A stretch of 18,528 nucleotides of DNA, taken from positions 1 through 18,528 of the forward strand of contig CAXIUT010000118.1 of NCBI GenBank assembly GCA_964035545.1, given 5' to 3'. The position numbers were made by a program, and so were the translations under genes. This DNA comes from Bugula neritina (lineage: Eukaryota; Animalia; Bryozoa). The notes under the pieces are model-generated. The model was not told the DNA's origin. It saw nothing but the letters and a program-made list of their open reading frames with translations, and ran no database searches. This document shows, piece after piece, positions 1 through 10,210 of the stretch (the first letter of the stretch is position 1; each line of letters starts with the position of its first letter).

Positions 1-75
1 CCCAACCCCAACCCCAACCCCAACCCCAACCCCAACCCCAACCCCAACCCCAACCCCAACCCCAACCCCAACCCC
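1..75 (+). repeat. Left telomere, (CCCCAA)n (C4A2, Tetrahymena-type ciliate repeat)
   Basis: Perfect CCCCAA tandem array from the first base, ending abruptly at CCCC|GTACC. Confidence 0.98.
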
Positions 76-318
76 GTACCAAAATTATAATTATTAAAAT
101 ATGATAATAATGACATTTGTAAGATAAAAGATATAGTCCATTATGATAGTTCAATAAAATAAACCCAAGTAGATAATGATATTTTGATTTTCAAAAAATT
201 AATATAATTAAGAAAATATCCTCTATGATGAAAATACATCGAAAATATGTCTAAAATTGTTAATACATAGTGAAATAATTTATATTTTTCGATATTTAGA
301 TAAATCATGGGTTCAGGA

Positions 319-3132
319 TCAAACAAGATACTTGTCGTATAATTCTCCAAACTTTTCATTGTTTTATGCATTTTTCTTAACATAGTTAATTCCCTTTTTA
401 GCAACTAAACTGAATTGTTTTTCAGGATGATACTTTTAAATCCACTTAGAAATGAGATAAGTAATTACAGCAATTATGTTGGTTTCCTTTGATATTGATT
501 CTTGGATATTATTACCGAATAGCCGACCAACTAAATTGATGTCTTTCCATGAACCTTCAGCTGTTTGACATGCTACTATTTCTGTAATGTTGATAGTTGA
601 CAAACTTGTTTTAATAGTTTACTCTTTTTTCTTTTATATTTGGACCTAATTTTATCTTTTTTATATTTTTTTCTTTCTTTTTTTTTTATCCTTAACAACT
701 ATTTCTTCTTATAAATCATCATCTTCTTAATCAAGACAATCTATGAAATCGTGTGACTATTTAATAGATTTAGTATTCATATTCAATTTTATATTAGCAT
801 TTACATCTTATCTTTCAAATTTTTAAGTAAAATTTGGTTTTTAACATTCTTATTGGTATTCATCAAAAGTATAATTTTAATTCATATTCTAGCCCTTACT
901 ACCTGTAAAAAATGATGTCACTTTACTAAAGAAACTTTAATCCTCTTTTTCTTTTTTAGCTTTTGCTTTAACAACAGGTTTTGAAGTTATTTTTTTTCTT
1001 GATTTTAATGATTGTTAGGGAATCTCACGTTACATGCATAATTATTGTTTCATTGAAGCCATAGAATACGATTAAGATATTTGAGGCATTGCAAGGTTTT
1101 TGTATAAATTTTGATTAGATAATTTTTAATCAAATTTTCTTGGTTTTTTTAAAAATTGATTTGAGTGATACATTTAATACTCAACTGGTTTAGGATTCTA
1201 TACTTAAACCTTAATTTGTCCTTTATCTTTGATTTCCTCATATTTTCCATCAATTAATTATTTTTAAACACAAATAAAGGCAGTAAATTCTGATAAGATT
1301 TGATGTTTGACGGATTCTTTGATTATTTCTGCTTTTCTATCAACTACTTTTACATAGTACATAGTATCTTCAATACTAGAATTAGTTTTATTGGCATCTT
1401 CAAGTGCTCTTATCTTTTTGAAGTGACCCATTCTGTCAATAAAAGACTAGCTTTCATTCGAAGGATCTATCACTATCTCAGACTGGTAAGGTAGTTTGTT
1501 TATATTGTCTTAGTAAGAAAACGAAAAAACAGCTGGCTTTTCTAGCTGACCTTTGAATGTTATGTAAAAGTTGACTAGTTCATTCTTAAGGATGTAAGGC
1601 ATAGACTATGGGTTAGGAATGATGCTTTCAACTTAATTTTTATCAAAATTAAGTTTTATTTTACTTATTACAGGTGATAGTGAGTCACTTAGTAACTGAA
1701 TAATCTTCTAAGAAGGATCTTAAGCATCATTGATAAAGACATGAATGCCTTTACCTTTCTTAGCACAACCTAAAATCAACTCTTAAGAACAACCATTACC
1801 AATACCAATAGTATGAACTCTAGAGTATTTATTATTAAGACTAACCATCTTGATAACTCCTTCAGTATTAGATACTCCTCCATCTGTGAGCAAAAATATT
1901 TGTTTGGGATATCCTTCAATAGGCTTTTGATCGAGAATATTTTTCAAAGGATCATATATCGAAGTACCTCCCAAGTTAGCTGACATTACTTTGATTTTAT
2001 TGACAGCAGTAGATATATTATTATCACTATATTTGACACTCTTCCCAAACATAGTTTGACTATTTGATCCAAAACTGATTACATTAAAGTAGGTATCTTC
2101 TGGAAGACTTTTAATAAAAAGAATCAAAGCTTCTTTAGCTTTTTATATTCTTTTTCCTCCCATAGATCCACTTCTGTCTAATAAGAAGATATACTCTCCT
2201 TTACCATGTTAGATATCTGTTTCAAAAGCTTTGCCCAATATTGATGCCTTATAAGCATCATCAAGGTTAAGAGTACAAAACTTAGGAATAAAAGATAACA
2301 TGGCTGTTGATCCAGCATCTGTTCTACCGAACACTGAACTTGGTAGTTGGAAATCTTCAGTTGTATAACTAAAGCAGAAGTCTTTATTAGGGACACAAGC
2401 TTCATTCATAGCAAATATGCTTTCAGTTTGACAGTCATTTTGGGAAAGCAAAGTGATATCGTGAGTATTTGAGTCAAAGAAAACAACTTTTCTTGCTGTC
2501 TTTAGACTTATCTTGAAATTCCAGTAAAAATCACCTTTAGCCTTTGCAGCATCGTTTCTGAATCCAGCTTTGATCTTTTCTCCAGGAATGTGATTAAGAT
2601 ATTTTGGTGAAATAGTACCTATCATATGTAGTTGATAAAAAGTATTTAAAGATAAAGTCAACTCTTGAAGATAAACTATCTCTATTTTCACTGACTCTTT
2701 TGGAGGAATATTTCCCACTTTCAAGTTGAGAATATCTTTGCTTTAAGGATTAATCTCTCCATAAGCAGCTTTCTTACCTTGTTAAACTGCTTCTTTGTAT
2801 TCCTTTTTTGCTTCTTCTTTTTCCTTCACAATTCCTTCAATCCTTGTCTTTCCAAACTCAGCAACAAATCTATAAACACAGGCATCAGGATTGATAGGAA
2901 AGCTATATTCTACTTCTAAGAATTTATCAGTCGGATTGAAGTAAGCTTGAGTGAGCGTTACATTTGCAATAGCATTATGGACTTCAATTTAATATTCTGA
3001 TGATTTGAGTGGCACAAGAATATCTTCATTAGGACGGATTTTGATGAGATCAGGGTTTATAGCATAGCACCCACATCTTTGTCTTTTAAGATTCTTCACA
3101 GGTTCATAGACCAAATCGTATTCAGCAATCAT
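319..3132 (-). CDS. VIT + von Willebrand factor A domain protein (VWA5A/inter-alpha-trypsin-inhibitor-like), 937 aa, no introns
   Basis: With TAR=Glu one frame is open from ATG 3132 to TGA 321-319. It has a VIT domain (VPLKS...YFNPTDKFLEVEYSFP...GIVKEKEEAKKEY...VGNIPP), a vWA domain with MIDAS (YIFLLDRSGSMGG, FNVISFGS, ANLGGT, IFLLTDG, VHTIGIG), LSEFTAFICV, a long low-complexity linker and C-terminal IVACQTAEGSW. Confidence 0.92.
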
Positions 3133-3837
3133 TGTTAAAATTATAGCTTATCAATGGATATATCATTTAACAAGAAGTAATTGGTTATATTCTGATAGTT
3201 TAAAAATAATAAAAGAATAATTTTTCTATAATTGAAATATCCTCATAAAACATTTGATATTTTATATTTTGTTTCAATTTAACAAGTGAATAAAAGACTT
3301 CTCTACAATTTCTTTCATTTTAGTTTGAGCGAAAGAAAAAAATATCTTAATTTTAAGTTCCTTTAATAATGTTTTTTATTTGAGCTAAATTCTTCTCAAG
3401 TTATGAGTTTGCTTATAAGATGATCAATAGAATTATTTTTTATCTTTGATTGTATGTTATTTTTTAGAAAAATGGAAAGTATTTTAATTGAAAAAAAGAA
3501 AGATAAATCTTAAATAGCTTCTATAATAGAGAATTGCTGGAATTTATTTATAACAAGTACAACTTTTTGAAAAGATTATTCTTTTAAAAAGTCAATAAAT
3601 TAAAAAAAGTCATTTTAAATAACAATTTAGCTGGCAATATATGATTCCTTTCAACAAAATCATATATTTCGAGATTAATTTGATCTCAAATTATAATTTT
3701 TTTATCTGAAATAAAGCTTTCCCAATATTTATTAATTATTTTATTAATTTACGATTAATCTATTGCATAATAGATCAATTTTAGGAATGATTAATATTTG
3801 ATTTCATGAATTATATGAAATAAGGAAAGTTTCAGTA

Positions 3838-4802
3838 TCATTTTTTAGTTCCCTTCTTATTTTTGAAATCACTTCTTGTTCCTGATGCGCTTGCAAATGG
3901 TCTAGCTGGAACTCCTCTTTTTAAAGTGTGACTAAAATTCTGTGTAGTAGATCCTATACTTTTTCCTTTCCCTACATTCTTTACATTACTAGCTCTTTCC
4001 AAAATATCATCATTTAGTTTGAAATGATCTTATAAAATTTCATTTATCTGGTTGGAGTTCATTTCTTTATCAATTTTTAGAAGCTCTTCTTATGGAGATA
4101 TTAAGTCCATATTCTTTTGGATAGCACCGAAGTGTAAATTAGTTTTAAGTTGATCTGAAAGGTGATGTTGGTGTTGATGAAGGTGATTGATTTCCATTTG
4201 TTATTCTTCTTGAATATTTTATAACTATTCTATTTGTCTTTAAGCTTCAGCGACCTTCAACTCAATAGCACTTAGATACTCCTGTTTCTGTACCTTTTTT
4301 ATTTATCCCATTTATTTGTAATTAAACATTATTTCGTTTTGTTTATACTACCTGGAAGGAGAATTTTTGACTTATTGTGATGGAGATCGAGTGAATTCTT
4401 TAGAAGCATTGAATACAGGACTTGTTTTAAGGAAATTTTATGTTTATTTTTGAATTTGAGGGATGTTAGTTTTTCTAAATTATGGTTTATAACTGCTCTT
4501 GGCAATAGCTTGAGCAAGTTCTCTGAATAAAAATAAATTTACTCACTAATGCCTTCCTAATGAATAACAACATTCTTGGATAGAAGATTAAGATCTTGTT
4601 CATCACAGTCTCTGAGGTAGAGATTGCAGCGATTGTAACGATCAAAAAGAGAAGAAGAAGTAGGAGGTTGCTGATAGTGAGTAGGAACTCTTACAGAAAT
4701 AGCTTGAGATGGGTTGCCATGGACGAATGAATGAATATCTGCTTTGCTAAAGTTTCCAGGTTTGTAGTTCAGAGGTCTGCTCTTTATACTGCTGTTTTGC
4801 AT
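3838..4802 (-). CDS. Hypothetical protein, 314 aa, central Glu/Gln-rich probable coiled coil; one intron (4523-4542)
   Basis: ATG 4802. Removing the 20-nt GT-AG intron gives 945 nt open to TGA 3840-3838. No domain recognised. Confidence 0.7.
4523..4542 (-). other. Spliceosomal intron, 20 nt (GTAAATTTATTTTTATTCAG)
   Basis: GT-AG ends, AT-rich, matches the other introns in length and consensus, and joins two long open frames. Confidence 0.75.
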
Positions 4803-4970
4803 TATTATTTAGAAAAAAATAATCTTCAATAATTATGTATTCACTATTATCGATTTATGAATAAATACTCAAAAAAAATCATTTTAATAACTTTAGAATT
4901 TAATCAATAAAAATCTTTCTGTATCAGGTTTATAGCTTTTTATAACTAGGAGTAACTGCTATAATCTTTC

Positions 4971-5945
4971 ATGAAAAATAGATTTATTGAATCTAAAGAA
5001 TCATCATTTCTTCTTACTAGTGGACCTAATACAGCAAGTCTTCCTCTATCTAACGAACCTTCTCTCATATAGAAGTAACTTGATCAACAAGAAGTTTCCA
5101 ACATATCACAGACAGTGAATAATCAGCCTCTTCTTAATTATCTTTTCTTTAGTCGAGAACAGTCGTAAAATCAATAACTTCATCAACCTATATCTTTTCA
5201 AAATAGATAAATAATCAACTAAAGCTAAAAAGAGATGTCGAATGGAAAAAATCAAACCAAAAATAGGAAAACTTCTGGTCATTTTAGAATGAAAACTAAT
5301 GTCGATTCTTCAAGAATCAAGAATAAATAAGAAGTTTAGTCTTTAAGATAAGAAAATAATTTATTGAAAGAACAATTGCTTAGATATGAAAAGAAGATGA
5401 TAACTATGGAATCAGTTCAATCATAACTCTAGTATCTCAAAAAATTATCACTTCTACAACAGTCATAAATTGATAGACTAAGAGCATATTCTAGACAAAA
5501 TCAATGTCAAAAAGCATAGTTTATCTTTAAAAATAATAAATAAACTTACAATATTGATAAAACTCCTGATAAAAAATAATACAAATTGACAGATTTTTCA
5601 AATAAAAAGGGCAAAAACAGAGAAAGTCAAGAAAAATACCAAAGAGATAATAAAGATGTTTATTCCAAATACAACAAATAAAATTTCGAAAAATTAAGCA
5701 GCAACAAGAAATCACTCTATAAGGGAAGTCAATATGGACAAAAAAAATAATAATTAATTTTTGGAAATGAGTCTAAACTGTTCAATAACAACAAAGAAGA
5801 TTATGTTAGATTGGGAGATCGATGTCCCACATAATATTTGGATCATTCTGAATCAAAAAGCACAAAGTCAAAAAAAAAGAGTATGACCAATGTTGGTTCA
5901 AGAGTGAGAGGATCAAAGTCAACTCATAAACGATCCATTTTTTGA
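4971..5945 (+). CDS. Hypothetical coiled-coil protein, 324 aa
   Basis: ATG 4971 to TGA 5943-5945 is open under TAR=Glu. It includes a heptad-like segment, EVESLREENNLLKEQLLRYEKKM. No family recognised. Confidence 0.7.
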
Positions 5946-6199
5946 TATTGATTGTTTCGATTGTATTTATGAAAAAAAAATGAGAGAGAAAGTCTTACAA
6001 GTAACTTTACAGGTGACTTTACTTGGATAGAATATGTATTAAATAAGAGTATTCAGGATACCTTGGTTTGGTCTAATCATTTCGCGATGATCTTCATCGG
6101 CCTTCTGTATTTCATCATTTTCATAATATCTTTGATAAGGTCAGAATTATTTAGTTAATCGAGAGTTTTTACATCATATATCAGAAAAATTAAAAATTA

Positions 6200-7204
6200 A
6201 TGTCAAGTGGGAATTTCAATCAATAGAAGGTTCTTAAGACTCTAGTCTTCTAGAGACAAGACACACACCAATCGGTCATCATAGAGTAAAAAATAGACCT
6301 CAACTCATAGTTTATCAATCTTTCTGAGCTCCTAGATCTTTATTGCCAAACTATGGAAAACTAGATTTTTATCTATGACCCAGAAACCAACCAATTTATT
6401 TCTTTAGCTTAGATTTGTCCTCAAAGAGGAATGATTCCAAAATCTAAGTTAGATTGTTCCATCATCTTCATCAGATACACTTTATCTTCAAAAAACAAAG
6501 AAGAACATATGATCAAAGAAACTAGTTCAGAGTCAAATTCAAGAGAAGCAGATAGCAATCAAGGTAGGAGTAAAGAAAGGACCATCGGAGAAGTTATCTA
6601 AATTGTCAAAAAGTGGCGTGATCTTCATTTTAACAGATCTATGAAGAAGAAAATTAGTCTTCTTGAAGCTGCTCGTATGATAGGTATTTCTAAAAAAAGT
6701 CTTGACGACTACTATTGTCAGTTGAGGCTGGGATAGGGATTAAAATTTGACTTCAATAACCATCTTTATTAAAAAATGGGTATTCTCAGAAGTTATGTAA
6801 AGGAATATAGACCTGAACAAAATAGATCAAAAAGAAGACAAAACCAACAGCACCCTAAAGAGCTGAAAATAATCAACTATTATGACATTGAAACTCATAG
6901 CCTTAAATTACCTGAACATTTTTTGAATGACTCTGAGCTATTAGATAACTAACATACAAACAAATAAGTTAATACTATGCAGTCTATGCAACCAGATGCT
7001 GAACTGTATATGGAAAGTGAATGTGGTTCTTACTTTGGATTTGGCTAGAAAGAGAACTCAGTAGTTCTTTTCGGGTTATAAGATTAGTTTTTCAAAGGTT
7101 TTGAAATTGGCCTAGGAAATGAGGATCCATATTTCGATGTAAATAAAAACATAAGAGATATTGATTCAGATTTTGACAGCAATAGTTTGCTATTGCTAAA
7201 TTGA
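6200..7204 (+). CDS. Putative helix-turn-helix DNA-binding protein resembling an uncharacterised ciliate family, 334 aa
   Basis: ATG 6200 to TGA 7202-7204. The core RSKERTIGEVIEIVKKWRDLH...ISLLEAARMIGISKKSLDDYYCQLRLG...FDF...KMGILRSYVK contains an HTH-like 'EAA..IGIS..SL' signature. The tail is acidic. Confidence 0.8.
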
Positions 7205-7460
7205 TATTTTATGATATCAAATAGTTATCAATAATCCTCCTACTTATCTTATTTAGTAATAATATTTAAATCTTTTTCTCATTAAATAAAAATAAACTGA
7301 CAAAAATATATCTTGGATATTAGAGAATAATGCACTTAAGATGAAAAATAACAGTCAATGCTCTTTAAGTTAATATTTTACTTCTAGAAAATTTAGTTTT
7401 CAACATTTTAATTACATCAGAAATATTAAAAAATTAAATTTCGTTTGGGTAAACTCAAAG

Positions 7461-8231
7461 ATGGAAGTCTAAATGCAAGATGATACCTTATCCATTGGCT
7501 ATTATCCTTTTAGAGCTAAGGCTCAAGTTCTAAGGCTACTATGTGAATACCTTCACTTAAGTTATTCTGATCGCTTTTTCAGCCCAGATTAATGGAATCG
7601 CTTTAAAGAAACACAGACCAAAAGATGGATGGTTAAGGATCTACCTTTCCTCCAGCAAGGAAATTTCGTGCTGACAGGCAGTCATGCAATGGTCGGTTAC
7701 GTTGTGGAGCTTGCAGGCAGATATGATCTTCTAGGGAAAACTGAAGAAGAAAAAATAAAGATTGATAGTTTTAGGAGCAAATGTGATCTTAAAGATACTA
7801 TAGTTGGATTTTTGTGCAATAATAGGCCAACAACATGTCAAGAAAAACAGGAACAAAAAAGACAGCTTTCTGAGTTATATCAGAAAAAAATATCACTCCA
7901 AATGCAATAATATTAGCAAAATTGTTCTTCTGAAGGTTACTACTATGGCTACCTCACAGTAATTGATTTTGCTCTTTACGAAACAATGAACTATTTCAGA
8001 CGATTGTTTCCCAATAAAGTCAACAATTTTCCAAAGTTAGTCAAGTTGCAGGAGAAAGTAGCCAATATTCCTTAAATTAAAAACTATGAAGAATCAGATA
8101 GAGCAGTTGTCTAGTTTTGTCCTATGAAATACTTTAAGAAATTCAAAGAATAGAAATTAAGAATTTGGGAAAGAAATACTAGTTAGACAACGAATACAAG
8201 TCCTGAAAATAGAATTAATTCATAATTCTGA
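7461..8231 (+). CDS. Glutathione S-transferase (mu-class-like, divergent), 256 aa
   Basis: N-terminal IGYYPFRAKAQVLRLLCEY (compare LGYWxIRGLAQxIRLLLEY), DLPFL cis-Pro motif, GYLTVIDFALYE N-capping box, FPKL, IPEIKNYEES. Stop TGA 8229-8231. Confidence 0.9.
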
Positions 8232-8327
8232 TATTTCACTTGATGTTTATAGTACAAATCGTTATACTCTGTACACTTCTAACTCAAAATCAATCAATAT
8301 TTATTTTCTTATTAATATATTGAATAA

Positions 8328-8851
8328 TCACTATTCTTTTCCAAAAATGAGATCATTTAAAATACAAGTGTCTTGATTTTCATATTTTTTTGTTTGAACT
8401 TTTTGTTTCAAATATTATTATACTTAATTTTATGATTTTTTGAAATCATCTATAGATTTAAATCCTAAAAGATATCCTTCTGAAGCAAGTTTTTCAATAA
8501 GTTATGTTTGGTGGTTTCCAGAAAGAGTATCATTTGCAATAGCTATTATTTTGGTAGGACGAGGTTGATTCAAGCAACAAAGTAAAGTTCCTGCGCCTCC
8601 ATGAGTGATTATAATTGAATGTGCTTTGTAGACTTCTGATATATTATCACTTAATCTAAAATATTCACCTTCTGGAATGATTTTTCCACTGATTACAATA
8701 TTAATTACGTGGCACCAATCTGATAAGTAATAGGAACTGATTCCATTCCACAGCGAGCTATCAAGTTTTTGAACTAAGATGAAGAAGTATATGTTATTAA
8801 CTGATCAAATTCAGTTGTTCCCACGGTGACTAATATTTTCTATTTTATCAT
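8328..8851 (-). CDS. ALG13: UDP-N-acetylglucosamine transferase catalytic subunit ALG13 (GT28 C-terminal type), 167 aa; one intron (8689-8708)
   Basis: Motifs ILVTVGTTEFDQL, YQIG, IITHGGAGT and NDTLSGNHQTELIEKL. The frame is restored by removing the 20-nt intron. Confidence 0.92.
8689..8708 (-). other. Spliceosomal intron, 20 nt (GTAATTAATATTGTAATCAG)
   Basis: Needed to put the N-terminal TVGTT and the downstream HGGAGT motifs of ALG13 in one frame. Confidence 0.9.
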
Positions 8852-8907
8852 ATTATCTTTAACATTCGTGTAATTATTTGATTGAATCAATAGTTATATT
8901 ACTCTTA

Positions 8908-10051
8908 TCAAATCAAAGAAGCATAGTGATTGGAAGTAGATCTGAATCCTTTATAGAGACTAGATCTCATAGGCTCACCACCTAATAACATTTTCTTGGA
9001 ATAATCGGTCATTTTTACTGGATATTTATCTGTTTGATCTTGATAACCCTATCCAAGTTTGGCTTTTTCATAGTATTTTTGCTTTATCTTTTCAATGCGA
9101 TTTTCTAAATCTCTTCCTAAAGTTGAGCTATCTCGGTAAGGAGTGTCGATTTGATTATAAAAAGGTTGGAAAGAATTATTCACTGAACTTCTTTCCTTTT
9201 GATAGCTTTATTTGTTTTCCAAAACTGTTTTGTATTTATTTTCTGACATTCCTTTGTAGTTGTATTGGCTAGGCTGGAAGAAGGCAAGTTTATGTTCTGG
9301 ATTATACCTACTAGCTCTATACAAATCAGATTTTTATAGCGAGGGTTGTTCATACTGTCTTTTAAAATCTGTCATACTGGAGTTAACTTGCTTATGTTTG
9401 AACACATCACTTTCATAAATTTGTTTTGTCCTGTAGTTATTATGATGGACAGGAGTTTTATTTTATCTATCACTTGCAAGTGATTCTCTTCTACCTTTCT
9501 TTTGATTGATTTTTCGTTCAAATTATTGAAGTTGTTTCATAAAGCCTGGGTTGGGATTGACCTAAATCAAAGAATTGATACTCTATTTCTTTTTTTCAAG
9601 ACACTTGAAAAAGCTTATTTCAAAGAGAAATTCATATATTTCATAAGATAAGCCAAAACAAGAGTAGTTGAACGAGAAATACCAGCCATACAATGCACAA
9701 GAATGTTAGTTTATTTTCTGGCTTAGTGAATAAAATCAGTGGCAGTTTCAAAATGGAAACTTAGGTCGTAATCTGGATGATCTTCTCCAGGAATGTAAAG
9801 GGCATATGGTACGCTTTCTTTGGGATGCTTGATATGTATATTTCTGCAAGCAGTAAGTAAAGAACTGATATTGTGCTCTGAATAGAAAGTAAATTACTTT
9901 TGAGAGTTTGTAGATTTTATGCAGCTTCAAGATTACCGATATAGATAGCTCCTTTTCCATTAACAGCTTCCAGTACACAGTCAAGATCTTCAGGGAAGAT
10001 CATATGGGCTGGTCTGTTTCTAAAGTTTGTCTTTGAAGGGGTCGATGGCAT
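8908..10051 (-). CDS. Dual-specificity protein phosphatase with long low-complexity C-terminal tail, 367 aa; introns 9878-9897 and 9562-9581
   Basis: IYIGNLEAAENL, general-acid region GEDHPDYDLSFHF, catalytic ILVHCMAGISRSTTLVLAYLM, and VNPNPGFMKQL. Stop TGA 8910-8908. Confidence 0.93.
9562..9581 (-). other. Spliceosomal intron, 20 nt (GTATCAATTCTTTGATTTAG)
   Basis: Joins KKRNR to VNPNPGF in frame. Confidence 0.9.
9878..9897 (-). other. Spliceosomal intron, 20 nt (GTAATTTACTTTCTATTCAG)
   Basis: Joins LQTLK to KHNISSLLT in frame with the catalytic motif. Confidence 0.9.
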
Positions 10052-10210
10052 TTTCTATACTTCTATAATAAAACCTTATTAATATTAGTTATTTTTATTC
10101 ACAACATATAACCGTATTCTTAATTTTAACAATAATTCTATTTTATCAACTAAGCATGACTTAAATATCATTGATCGAATCAGTAAATTAATACAGGTTA
10201 TGAAAGACAA

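Noticed and set aside
76-140. A shared chromosome-breakage or telomere-addition motif at the two subtelomeres
   Set aside because: Both ends are simply AT-rich. I see no common motif and no Tetrahymena Cbs-like 15-mer, which would normally be lost on breakage anyway.
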